This document shows positions 49,503-62,126 of a stretch of DNA of 64,000 nucleotides, piece after piece. Source of the stretch: Vicugna vicugna (Eukaryota); assembly GCA_013265495.1 (NCBI GenBank), contig MU057724.1, positions 883,102 through 947,101 of the forward strand, written 5' to 3'. The translations under genes and the position numbers were made by a program. Under the pieces are notes generated by a model. It saw only the letters and a program-made list of their open reading frames with translations, had not been told where the DNA came from and ran no database searches. The stretch's first letter is position 1; every line of letters begins with the position of its first letter.

Positions 49503-49715
49503 CTTTATTGAGCCAACACTGACATAGCACTATGCCAGCCAGTTTTCTATGTAATTTCTAAATATGAACTAAATGATTCCTGGTAACACCTGAGTGGTGG
49601 GGCTGAGTCTCAGAGATGCTCTGCAAGCGCCCAGCACCCGCACCCAGGCAGCGGATGTGGGCTTTGAACCGTCTCGTCTGGTTCTAGTCTGTATCCTTGA
49701 CCCTGATGCTATGCT
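49503..49715 (-). mobile_element. MIR SINE
   Basis: 'tttattgagc..actatgccag', 'ctgagtctcagaga', 'ggctttgaacc..tctggttc..cttgacc'. Confidence 0.6.
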
Positions 49716-49884
49716 ATCTCACCTACATGAGACTTTTATCCAGTCTCATTCTTGAATTTCCATCTTTCCCTTAGGAAAGTATTTTTACTCTTTAGAGCAA
49801 AATACATTCTGATTTCATTCATTTTGTATTTAAGAAAGTCTGTCTCTAGGCTTTATAAGCACATTTTAGTTTCACTGTAAACAG

Positions 49885-49980
49885 GAAATGACTCACAATG
49901 AATTTGATGTCCTGCAACATTCCAACATTGAAAACGACTCGAGAAGGACAGCTTACAAAGCGGCTGTTAGGCTGAACAAG
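49885..49980 (+). other. Candidate 96-nt exon
   Basis: Acceptor ttttagtttcactgtaaacag and donor aag|gtgggt. Phase 0-0 open frame EMTHNEFDVLQHSNIENDSRRTAYKAAVRLNK; protein not recognised. Confidence 0.25.
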
Positions 49981-50155
49981 GTGGGTCTTGGGAGTGTGAG
50001 GCCCTTCCCTGTGAGGTTGCTTGTAGGTGAGACAGTGCTGGGGAGGTAAGCAGATGCGATGAAGAATAAATTCGGACTCAAAGTGAACAGGGCAGTAATT
50101 TAAGCAGCCTGACATTTCTGAATTCCTATAAAGTAAGAAATCCTCATTGACAACC

Positions 50156-50271
50156 GTGTGCGTGTGTGTGCATGTGTGTGTTGTGCATGCATGTGTGTTA
50201 TGTGTGTGTTGTGTGTGCAGGTGCGTGTGTGAGTACATGTGTATTGTGTGCACGTGTGTGTTGTGTGTGTG
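50156..50271. repeat. Degenerate (TG)n low-complexity repeat
   Basis: Interrupted TG/TGCA run seen directly. Confidence 0.9.
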
Positions 50272-51011
50272 AGAGTTTAAGGAACTGCACTGCCCAGTCT
50301 GCCAGTGTGCAGGAAGTCGACACTGATATGCTGTCAGACAAAAAGCTTTCTCAAGACATGTTCATTTGCTCCATCCCTGAGGTGACAAACTAATTGGCAA
50401 TTATGACACATGGGAGATGACAAACTGTTATTAAAATGTCAAATACGCTCCCAAAGCAGAAGGTTCTCCCAGACAAGTCAAGAATGGAAGCCACTTTTTA
50501 AATGAGACTTTTTTTAATGAAAGATCTTTTATGGCTTAATGTAGAAAAGCATTTCAGTTCAGGACGAGAAATCTGAAGCATGATGACAGAAAATAACAAT
50601 TATTCAGTCACTGAGAGGCAAAAGAATACTTTTTAATAAAAATGTTAAGAGATGTGAAAGTAAAATCTGCTCCTCTGGAAACTGTAAAAACATTGAGCTT
50701 GTGTATAAACAAAGTGTGTTATCACTCCTAAAAGTAGCTTGATGCTTGATGTTTTTCCAGAAAAATCCTGCTTTGTAGTTAAGCAAGTGATTGAGCTGTC
50801 TTTTCTTTAAAAATTACACCTCTGAAACTTTTATATTCTCTATGACCGCTGTGGTTTTCTTTTCAAATAAATCAGTGAAAAATAAATTCTATGAAATATA
50901 ATAATATATAATACATAGGAAATATATATTATATGTTATATAACATATATTATATATTTATAGATATTATGTTATGTGTATTTTACCACAATAAAAAATG
51001 TTTTGTTAAGA

Positions 51012-51051
51012 CAGAAAGAAAGGAAGAAAGAAAGGAATGAAGGAAGGAAAG
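51012..51051. repeat. (GAAA/GGAA)n purine repeat
   Basis: Seen directly. Confidence 0.8.
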
Positions 51052-52769
51052 ACTGTACAGAGGGGATTGTTTAAAAGTCCTCCAGCAAGCAGGTCGTGCC
51101 TGATGCCCAAGTCGGGGAGCTCAGGGAATGCAGGTGGATTATGGGAACCCGTGCCACTATCATCTCCCACCTGGTCCCCGTTCCTGGTGCCTGCTCTGCG
51201 TTCAGTTTAGTAACATAGTGCTCGGGACCTACGTGGTTTTTAGGGGTCTATGGGGAGAAAACCAGACTCCAAAACACAAAGAAAAAACTACAAAAAATTT
51301 AATTAAATGTATATATGATATCTCCTTATGTCAACGAGTCACTGAAACTCAATCCAATTGTTAACAAACAGTGTATAATCCACAGTTTAACGTGGAATGA
51401 CATGAACCGAAATAATTTGATTTCAAGAGGATGAGGCTTAAGACTGAGAATGCCGAAGGTCTGCGGGGTCCTGACCTGCCCTAACCCAGACGCTGACCTC
51501 CGCACGCTTGGTCCTGCTACCTGTCCATGGGCTCTTTCAGGTCTCGCTCCAGTAAATGAGAATACAAAGACAAAAATCATCAGAAAAAGAGCATGGGAGA
51601 AAGAAGAAGAAGGGAAAACAGTGTGTAGTCTTACTTGATACAAATCATCACATCTGGGCAAAGTAATTCCAGATCCGGATCCAACAGAGTTCGCTCCACC
51701 CAGGTGAGAGATCTTGAAATAGGAATTCCATATTTTTGACATATTAAGTGTGAAACTTTAAAAATGTACTTTGTGCAAAAGGCCACATGTAAATTAGAAA
51801 GCCAAGCCAAGCTTCCCTGTTTCCTGGCTGGGGGCCGGGGTGGAAAGCACGGAGGGGAGGCGGCGGGGAGTGACCGGATCGCCCGCGGGGAGGTGGAAGG
51901 AGGGCACAGGTGCTGACCGCCCGGCAGGACGCGGGCTGCGCACTCGGAAGCTCAGGCAGAATGTGTTTGCCTTTGAAATGTTGTTAAATTTCTGGCAGCG
52001 GAAGCTTCTGCTTCTTGCCTCTCATCCCCAAGATGAAATGGGCAGCTTTGGGATAAACATTAGCCAGCTGCCAGGAAGTAGGGGGTTTGCAGCAAACCAC
52101 GCAGACCACGGTCCCTGTGCAGCCTGGGGAGTGTCAGCAGCTGGTGCACCCCATCCTGGCACCGCCGGGGACGGCGCCTCCTTCCTGGCAGCCACCCACA
52201 ACTCCTCTGTCCCCAGGGAGAGGGAAGCTGGCCTTGCCCAGCAGTGTGCAGGGCTTCACGTGGAAAATGTTAGCGTTTCTGTCAAATCACATTAATTGAG
52301 GGTGTAATGTGTAATATCACTGTGACGGTTGGCTGGGACGTGAAGCAGTTGTGTTACTTGTTATAATAAAATGAATGAAGAGGCACGAACACAGGAAAGT
52401 CATGTGATGTCTGTGAAAATACTTCAAGAACTATACATCATTCTTTGCAAATTTCTCGATGTATATCCTACAAAGAAAAGTAATTTTTTTCACATTGACA
52501 GAAAGGATCAAAAACGGTGCTTGGCACAGGCCTGCGGCTCTGGTTTCAGTTTTATTATTTTATTTTGCATCTACCGCCATAGATTACAGTCGGCATGCTT
52601 TAGAAGGCGGGGGTGAGAGGAACCATCACAGCAGAAGAGTACAGTAATAGAAGCAAGAAGCACTCCTCAAGGAGGAGAATCAGAGATCCCTAAAACGCGA
52701 GCGTTCCGGGTGTTTGGATGCAACCTGAAATGACTCCCCAAATAACAGGAAAATTCCCTAATTTACTGA

Positions 52770-53335
52770 CACAATTTCTAACAGAAAAAAATCTTACCAT
52801 GCCATCCAGAAATTGTACTCTGAGGTATTAACTCAAGAGAACTGAAAACACACGGGTGAGTGTGTGTAGATTACAGATGCGTGCACGCACACACACACAC
52901 ACACACCCCCACTTGTGAGTGAGTGTTTGTAGGAGTGTTAGGCATAGTAAGTCAGAACTAGAAGCCACACAAATGCTCATCAGTAGGTGAACAAATAAAG
53001 GAGATTGTGGCGTGGCCGTGAAGTGGACAGTTACTCAGAGATAAACAGGAGTGAGCTGCTAACACACACACATGGACGAGATGCAGAACATGATGCTTGT
53101 TGGAAAATGCCAGACCCCAAGGAACACAAACCGCGGTTTCATTTACATGAAGCTCTGGGACAGGTGTGATGGGAAGCAGCCGGGTGTCACCGGGGGCACA
53201 GAGGCGGGACGTCCCGGGCGTGGCGCAGGGGCCGGCCCTCTGACTGTGGCGGTGCGCGCTGGTGCGCGGGGGGTGAGCCCTCAGGGCAGAGTGCCCGCGG
53301 TTACATCAACAGTCGGATGTGCACGTTTCGAGAGC
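52770..53335 (+). mobile_element. Ancient L1M 3' region with embedded (CA)n and GC-shifted 3' end
   Basis: 'aaatgctcatcagtaggtgaacaaataaa', 'catggacgagatgcagaacatgatgct', 'ttcatttacatgaagctc'. (CA)n at ~52888-52906. Confidence 0.75.
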
Positions 53336-53669
53336 TCGCTGGGAACTGGGGGAGCTTCCCTCGGTAACTGGGACTTTCTAGTCTGCCGTGCACCTGAGAC
53401 CACCCTGGGCTGTTCCCCAGGGCCCGTGGGTCCCCGCTGAGCTCGGGAAATGCAGGCCTCTGCTCTCCAGACCGCTAAGGCACTTGTGAGCAGTGTGACA
53501 ACGGGGGGCTGGGAGGCTGGTCCAGGCACAGAGGGGACTGGCTCCGGCCGATAGGGCGGCGGGGCTATCTTGGTGCTGGGGGCAGTCTGTCCTCATCGTG
53601 GATGTCTGACTTTTCGTGTGGTTGCCACGGTGGACGGATCCCAGCCCCACGCCACCCAGGAGGGAAACG

Positions 53670-53878
53670 CACCTCAGCGCAGGCAGAGCAGAGCTAGTCA
53701 CATCTGGCCATTTAATTCAAACTGAGTATCGAAAAGTAAGTAAAACTTAAGGTTCAGTTCCTGAGGAGTAGCGGCTCCATCTCAAGCATGCGACGGCCCT
53801 CTGTGGCTCCTGTCAGATGAGATGGTGCAACTACTGAGTACTTTCAACATCCCGGAAAGTTCCCCTGGGAGGCGCATG
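53670..53878 (-). mobile_element. MER3-like hAT-Charlie MITE
   Basis: 'ctagtcacatctggccatttaa', 'ttcagttcct..catctcaagc', 'tttcaacatcccggaaagttc'. Confidence 0.7.
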
Positions 53879-56800
53879 CCCAGCACGCAGCATGACCCCT
53901 GAACTGTGGTGTCCAAGGTCGGCTTCTGGCTGACGACGTTCTGGTGACAGATTCCATCCTTTCTCAGATCTGTATATTGATTCTAAGTATAGCTTCACAG
54001 AGAGTCTTAGTCTCTCATTTCAAATATTTTAAGCCCTAAAACACTTTCATTGTCCGAATGACCGTATCATAACTTCTCTGTGAGGATGCACGTGTCAGTG
54101 TTACGCCTGAGGTGGTTCTCTGATGGCTGAGAGACAACTGGACTTAAGGAGGGGGCGCTCCCTTACCCCTTATACCAGCCGGCAGGTAGGCTGTGGTCTA
54201 CGGTACTAAGTCCACCATGGTTTCCCTTCAAGGTCACAGTCAGCCTGCAGAGCACGTGGGGTTTTCAGGAGCTGGGCAGAATATGCCGCTTTTGGATGAA
54301 ATAGAGTAAGGAACGAGTAATTATCTATTGAAAGAAGGAATGAATGAATAATTAATTCCTATTATGTTGGTTAAGACTTTTTAGTATAAGTGATGCAGAT
54401 TTCCAAAGATGCTTTTGGCAAAATCTTTGTTGAAGTCCCACGGAGTCCTGCGTTTAAAAGGTGGACGCTTTTCCAGGCGTATCAGGTTTCATACAACACG
54501 TGGGGGCACATTTGCAAAGTTATATAGGACTTAAATGCTTAGAGCCACTATTACAGAAGGTATGAAGCTAAACCAGCTTCTACAAGTTGGGAAGAAAGAT
54601 GATTGGCCACATTTTAATTTTTCCGGGAAAACTCCTATCCTTGAGTTGAAACTGACTCCCAGTCAAGACTTGACTACATAGCATTGAGACTGAAATGAGC
54701 ATGGCTTCCGGCTTTTACAGTTATATAACAATAATTTTAAAAATCCAACCTTTAAAAAAATACACTGAGTTTTAGAAGCAACATGTCAGCTTGCATGACG
54801 CTTTCCCAGCCCCGTCATTTGTTTTGTTGTCCACGGTGCACGCCGCTCGCAGGTGGCTCTGACAGTCTGTCGGGTGACAGAGCCTATTTGTATGTTTTAT
54901 TAATGCGTAAATTAATCCTGATGGATTCAAACTGGGAACCTTAACAGCACAGAACTTCAAAAGAAGACATGATATTTCCAGGTTATACTCACACTATTTG
55001 AAAAAATGTCTCCTAAAACTCAATATACGGATCAAAGCAAAGACAACTGTCCACGCACGTGAAACATCTGCCACGCCAGAAGCTACACGCTGCACTGACA
55101 CACCCACAGTTCATGCCATTTACTTTATAAAATACTGTATTGTTTGAAATATACATTAAATTATTTTTAATAAGTCCATTTCTCATCGCTAAAGTTTCCA
55201 GGTATAAATAATACATTTAATGGCCCCGTTCACCACCCAGATGTTAAAAATAACTTCTGGTATTTTTTTTTGCCAGTATATCATATATTTCATACATATG
55301 ATATATGTTCAGATTTTCCGCTGAAAAATTAAAAAGGAAATCAAGACAATGCTGTTTGTTGTTAAAAGAGCAAAGCTCAACAATTCTCTAGGGAAATCAG
55401 GCGGCGGTGTTACCATTAGAATTGTGTCTGCTGAGCTTAACCTATTTTCAGCGGCCCTAGCCCTGCGCTGACAAGACCAGGAGAGGGAAGAGGTCACTCG
55501 CACACCCCTCCCTCTGCAAGATGCCAAACGTCGCGACATTTCATAGCCTCAGAACCCGCCTTTTCCTTGGTCTCCAGTGGCCTGGGCTCGCCTGCGGCCG
55601 TGACCACTCGGGGAGCTGGAGAGGGTACACCGCCAGTCAGGGAATGCCGCGCCCCTGAACATCTTATGGGTTAACTCTGTGTGACATGCAAGAACAAAAT
55701 GGCTGCGGAGTAAAGCATCTCAGAGCTTCATTTCAGGGCCCGTGCAGACTTAACATGGCGTCTCCAGTCACTGCTGCTTCAGTCACCCCAGCATCTCGCC
55801 ACCCCTGGCCTGCGCTGCCTGCACGTCTAGGTTAGATTCTTCTGACGGCTGATGAGGATGAGCCGTGACCAGGACACGTAACAGCATTTACTGTTATCCG
55901 AAGGGGAATTGCAGGGGACAGGTTGGCCCTTGCAAATATCACTGGCTTAGTCCCTTTTAAGATCCTTTAATCTTACATGTTTGTTTGAAGGCCAAGACGT
56001 CAGTAACTGTCACCACCCGTCTCTCCTCCAGCAGCCTCGAGACGGCCCGTCCACATGGCAAGACTTCAGAACCTATCGAGAGCAAGGCTTATTATTGAAG
56101 GCTGTTTTTTGAGCGCTCTGTTTTCAGACACATTCGTTGGTTTTGTATTAAATGAATAATCTATGGAAGCCTTTTAAGAATATTCATCCAGGGACAATGC
56201 AAAAAATTCGACTCTCGTCTTGACTCCAGGCACGAAGTAAAGCCACCACAGTGTCGGCCCGGTGTTCACTGCGACTCTGGCTATTTTATTCAACAGTGTA
56301 TGCTAGCTTTTATGTTTAACTCTTTGGAGACAAGGTCCATACTTCAAACTGTTAGCGCTGTCGAACTGCGTGTCCCGTGACTCAGCAGAGCCTCTCAAGT
56401 CTGTCTCCAGCCCAGGGACGTCAGCCTCACCCAGGACTTTGGAAAGGCGAGCGCTCAGGTCCCACTGTCCACCACTCAGAGCCTAATCAGAAATGGTCAG
56501 CTCAGCAATGTGTGTGCCTGCCCTCAGGGCAGGACCACCAACTGTCCGGGTGACTGAAAGGGGCTTGCGTGTGAGGGTCACTGGACTAGAGCACCTTCCG
56601 AGTCTCAGGATGCAGGGACCCATGTGATGCGGGAGGACGCTCAGCACCCACCCCTCCCCACCGTTGCTCAGCGCCTCCAGGGACGCGGAGCACGCTGTCT
56701 CACAGGGACTCACGGAGCGTTTGCAGAGTCATTGGAAACTTAACGTGGCTTTCTCTGGTCGGGAGCCCAAAGTCTTTGGAAGCCAAATGAGGACCTAGTC

Positions 56801-57369
56801 ATCACAGCTCCATTCTTAGGCTCTTAATTTTAAACAAGACAGTCTGAATTCTGCTTGGAAATGATTGTACTAACCTCACCATCTTATTCAAAGTATCCTT
56901 CTCCTTGAAAATAATCACCCCATTATCCTTGTTAGAAGCACATCAAAAGTTCACTCCATTTGTTTGCAAACGATTCCTGGCTCTGACCTTGACCCCCCGG
57001 TGACCTGGGACAGCAGCAGCCCTGGTGCTTCCCTGGAAAGGACAGCGCGGGCACAAGGTCATCGCGCGGGCGGCGTGAAGGGCCGCTCAGGCCGGGGCTT
57101 CAACTCCTGACGCCGCCTGGACACCGTCCCCTGCGCTCTGTCTCCTGCCTCGGCTTCACGCCATGCTGTCTCCCCACATGTCTCACCAGCTCCAAGAGAG
57201 CCTTTACTTGCTCGCCTTCTTGCTGGCAATTTCAAAGTCTCTCCTTAGCATCTGCGGGGAGTGAAAGCTCGTTTTTCTTGTGTTCTTTACAAGGGTTTCC
57301 TTGCGGTGCTGCAGCACAGCCTGCATCTGGTCCGGGTTATGGATGCGTATTTGCATTACAGGTACGTGT

Positions 57370-57720
57370 CCCTTGGAAACAAACGGCAAATTCTGACACA
57401 GGTTATGATGTGGAAGGACCTTGAAGACGTCACGCCACGTGAAACTGGACTCTCACACCAAGGGCAGATACTGTCTGACTCCACTTCCACGAGGTCTCCG
57501 GGGAGGGCCAGCCCATAAAGACAGGAAGCAGGATGATGGTTTCCAGGCGCTGGGGAGACGGGGGAGTTGGGGTCTCATGGAAACGGAGCTACAGTTCGCA
57601 AAGGCAGAGAAGGTTCTGGAGACAATGGAGGCGATGGCTACCCAGCACCTGAGCTGAACACTTAGAGATGGTTAGAACGGTAAACTGTAGGCTATGTATG
57701 TTTTACCACAACAAAAAAGG
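57370..57720 (+). mobile_element. L1MB-type 3' UTR
   Basis: 'aaattctgacaca..ccttgaagac', 'aaggttctggaga', 'cacttagagatggttagaacggtaaac..ttttaccacaa'. Confidence 0.85.
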
Positions 57721-59959
57721 TTAAAACATTCAAGAGAATATGATGAATTTATTTCAAGTAAATGTCTGTAAAATATGCTCACTTGTGGGAAATACCACTT
57801 GTTGGAAACAGCTACATTTTAAGGAGAAAGTGATGTCGAATATTTTGTACAGCCACCCCCAGAAACAACCGCGGTGGAGAGACAGCAGGTCAGCACAGCT
57901 TTTCCCAGCAGTGCGCACGAGGGGATTTTTTTTAGTGCCTGGAAAATCCATGTGTTTATTCACTCTGAAAGGAGATGGTATTTGCAGGCGTTCATTCTAG
58001 ATTGTAGCCTTTCTCCTTGCACGTGCGGATGCCAGTGTGAGGGGCATGTGAGGCGCAGACCCAGGACCTCGGGTGCTCCGTTTTATCAGCTGACACCCCG
58101 CTGGCAGAGGGAGGCACGCCGCTGACTCAGCAGGGCGCCCATTCCTGCAGGTGCCCAGGCTCCTCCCCAGCCTTAGTCCTTGTTCTGATGCATTTCAAAC
58201 AGCTCTCCTGTTCCCTGCTTCTGCTACCAAGAAAAATATTTTAAAAATTGAAACAACAATTTTTAAAGCGTTTATCAACTTCAGAAATCTTTGGAACAAA
58301 TAAGGGTTTCACTGGTTTCCAGGAAAAAGTACACTGATGCTTTGGAAGGATTAGCTGGGAATCCAAAAAAGATTTTTTAAATGTTGATTAAATTTTGGTG
58401 ACTTTCCGCAGACCAAGAGCGAGTGGGATCCTGGGTGAGCAGGTGGCCGTCGACCTGGTGAGTCTACTCGGAGGCCAGGCCACTGTCACTCCCCGGGCAT
58501 TGCTTTTTTTTTTCACCAAGAATTTAGTTTCTGTTTTCTGTATCAAGTAAATCTCTGCAGGTCCATTTTCTACTATATAGTTACTATATAGTTACATATG
58601 TAACTATATATGTCCATAACTATGCCGTTTATAGATAAGAATAGAAGAAGAATTCAAAACATTCCTGTAGGTGCGTGTCCACCTTACACACCCTGTAACA
58701 TGCCTGGTTTTAACACCCATGGTGCAGGGTGGGGTGTAGCGTCCTGGGACTATTCTCTGCTCCACTTCTCCCATCACAATTTTTCTCTCTGTATCCCCAG
58801 GTCTCCTCACGTGTTTTAAACATAGTGGGAATGCAATGAATTTTCACTTACAAAGGAAACGAAATGAATTAACAGTTGAGCAAGTGACGGGCGTGGTGTC
58901 TTTCTGATCCGTCTTCTCTCTGACCCCTGCCTCCTCCAATTCGCTCCACAGCACTTCTGGTTAGTCTTCTAGGATCCGCTGCTGCGCGTGATTGTATGAA
59001 CCACCCTGATGCTGAGAAGTACCAGCCGCACACCCAGTTGTGCAAAACCCACAGCCCGTCTATTTTTCTTGTCTCTAACATTCAGCAAACCTGGGCTGTT
59101 CCGTCTTCCCGGGACCCCGGCTGGGCCCCTTTGTTTAAACCCACGCCTTTCTTTTCCTCACAGCCACGTCCCTGGTGGACCTGGACCTTCCGACTTTGTG
59201 TGTAGGACAGTCTCTCCCTTCCCAAGAGCGCTGAATAGGTTCTGTCAATGTGGTTACGAACACGACTGCAGTGTTGTAAATAATGCCGCGCCTGAGCTTT
59301 CCTACCAGACTGTAGGCTGTGGGGAGACGGGTCTCTGAGCACTTTATCTGGGATCCTGCCAGGTTGCCCCCGGTCCCTGGGATCCAGCACAGAAACTCCA
59401 GTGCCTGGAGCACGAATCTGTGCCCTTAAGTGACAGTGGCTGCAGCGACCACTTTTCAAGGGAGAGAACGGGGGCTGTGGATGCTGGCTCTTCGGGGTGC
59501 TCCTGGGTTCAGAGAGGTCCGCTCTAGAGCCTGTGGCTGTTAAGTAACAGCTCATCTGCCCAATAACTACCCCGTAAACAAATTAGTTCACTTGGGGGAT
59601 GATAATGACGCACTCTTCTCCATCTGAAGCTCTTCTAAATCTTCAAAGCATTTCACACGTTCTAATTAATTTTCCCAGCTCCCCTGCCAGGGGTTGCGAG
59701 CATCATGTGTCGGTTAGCGCAGTGAATCCTGAGTCCGTCCTTAGCCCAAGTCTGCACACAAGCTTGCGGGAGGCTGCGGTGGGTGAGGGCACTGAAGGCA
59801 GTGGGGGCGGGAGAGGAACAGTGCCTTGCCGTTTTTAAAGGTGCTTCCATCTAGTGGTCCTGCAGTTCCTACTATGAACTTGGGAGGCGCTGTGTTACCT
59901 GTCAGTGAGGGCAACTATAGTAAGAGAAGTAACTTGCTATCAAATTACATTATTTCCTT

Positions 59960-60100
59960 ATATTTTTGTTCTTATTTATTTATTTTGGGGGTTAGTTAGG
60001 CTTATTTGTTTATTTATTTATTTTGATGGAGGGACTGGGGATTGAACCCAGGATCTCGTGGATGCTAAGCACGTGCTCTACCACTGAGCTATACCCCCCT
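59960..60100 (-). mobile_element. tRNA-Ala-derived camelid SINE (Vic-1 type)
   Basis: Minus strand reads gggggtatagctcagtggtagagcacgtgcttagcatccacgagatcctgggttcaatccccagtccctcca, followed by (taaa)n, 'cctaactaaccccc' and an A-rich tail. Confidence 0.93.
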
Positions 60101-61411
60101 CGTAGTTTGAATTATTAATAATGACACTTACGAACCAGTTATACTTCTTATTTCATCCTATCTTCTTCCTTTGGTCCTTTCCCATAACGTTAATTTAGAC
60201 TCCTGTCTACTGTGAGAATATGGAAGTTTGATGGTCATGGATCCAAATGCTGACAGAATTTCCAAAGGCTTTGTATGCACCAACGCCCACCATGTTCATT
60301 TTTTAACCTAAAATAAGTCACTCCAATAACAGGACAACTGATGGTTTTCTTTTTACACATTGGTCTTCCCGATAAGCTCAATTTCCACTTCATAAGGTAG
60401 GGAGAGTTTCTAAAAGAAATCGGCTGGTTTCTACTTCCACACCCGTCTTGGCCCTTTCCCCAGCATGCACACAGAGCTCGCTGGCGTTTGCCTCTGGGGC
60501 GCTGCGTCACGAGGACTAGACTGCTGGCCCCCAGGGCCGTCCCCGTTCCCTCTGCGAGGCACCAGCCCAGGGCTCTCCTCCCCGGTATCCCGCGACGACG
60601 GGGCTGCCTGCTGGGAGTGGGAGCACACGTCCTCTCTCCTCCCTCCCAGTCATTTTACACCAGTCGCAAACCCTGTCAGCTGGTGAATCAGGTCACGTCA
60701 CCGATTTCACTCCTCTTTGTCCTGAGCAACAGGAAGCGCAGCTGAAGAGTGCGCTGTAGCCCAGAGGGGCTTCTGAGGGGACAGCTGGCTTTAGGGCAAG
60801 CCTCAGTCCCAAAGAGTCTCGATTGATGGAAACAGAATCCCGGTGGAATTCAGCAGATGGGAAGAGTGTAGCAGGCTTGCTTCATCTTTTGAAATAAGGG
60901 CCAGCGATACCGAGAACCAGACCAGCCTAGGGAGTAAACTGTCACGGCCGGGCAGGAACACACATGACACATCCTGCGTGCAGTCATCTCTCTCCAACTG
61001 AAAACGGGTCACAAGACGAAGCACTTTCAGATCAGATTTTACAGGGTCCCAGATTATTAGAGCCCCAGGAGGCCTGTAGCAAACTTCTCAGGTTTAGTTT
61101 AATCCCCCCAAACTAGTCATTTAAGTAGTACCATATATAATGCTATTTATTCCCAAGAGCCAAACCCGCTCTCCTAGGACTTCTGCTCCCACCCGTGTTT
61201 GTGTCAACGCAGACTGTGAGAGCTGACTGCCGAGATCCTAGGCACCTGGACATGCCACTTGGGGGGCTCTGCCAGGCACACAGCTCCACGCCGACCCCCA
61301 AAGTGCTGGTGCAGCTTTCAGGATCACGCGGACCAAGACACGCCGTGCTCAGTCTCCACAAGCCCCCTCCAGGCTCTGTAATTTCTCTGTGGACTCAGGT
61401 GCTTAATATTT

Positions 61412-62126
61412 TGTTCTTGTTTTTTGTTTTCTTTGAAGTCGAGTCAGTTTACAATGTTGTGTCGGTTTCTGGTGTCCAGTGTAATGTCTCAGTCATACAT
61501 GTGCATGTGTACATTCTTTTTCATTATAGGTTACTGCAAGATGTTGAATACAGTTCCCTGTGCTGCACAGTAGGTCCTTATGGTTTATCTATTTTACACA
61601 CAGTAGTCAGTATCTGCAAATCTTGAACACCTAATTTATCCCTTCTTACTCCCTTTTCCCCCGGCAGCCATAAGTTTGTTTGCTACGTCTTTGAGTCTGT
61701 CTCAGTTTTGTAAAAAAGTTCATTTGTATTATTTTTTTCAATTCCACATGTGAGCAATCTCATATGGTATTTGTCTTTCTCTTTCTGACTTACTTCACTT
61801 AGAATGATGATCTCCAGGTCCATCCATGTTGCTGTAAATGAAATTATTTCATTCTTTTTATGGCTGAGTAGTATTCCATTGTATAAATATACCACAGCTA
61901 CTTTATCCAGTCATCTGCTGATGGACACTCAGGTTGTTTCCATGTCTTGGCTACTGTAAACAGTGCTGCTATGAACACTGGGGTGTGTGTATCTTTTCAA
62001 ATTAGAGTTCCCTCTGAATACATGCCCAGGAGTGGGATTCCTGGATCACATGGTAAGTTTATTTTTTTGTTTTTTAAGGAATTTCCATGCTGTCCTCCAT
62101 ACTAACTTCTCCAAACTGCATTCGAC
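61412..62126 (-). mobile_element. Camelid L1 3' end (~715 bp) with TSD
   Basis: Well-preserved L1 3' UTR / ORF2 end. TSD caggtgcttaatattt (61396-61411) / caggtgcctaatcttt (62127-62142), 14/16 identical. Confidence 0.95.

Noticed and set aside
51635..51712. Minus-strand 78-nt exon candidate
   Set aside because: The donor is fair, but the acceptor is AAG with a poor pyrimidine tract and the peptides are not recognised.
60027..60099. tRNA-Ala(AGC) gene
   Set aside because: It has a SINE-type (taaa)n / A-rich tail, stem mismatches and no oligo-T terminator, and a diverged sibling lies at 36908. It is a SINE head.
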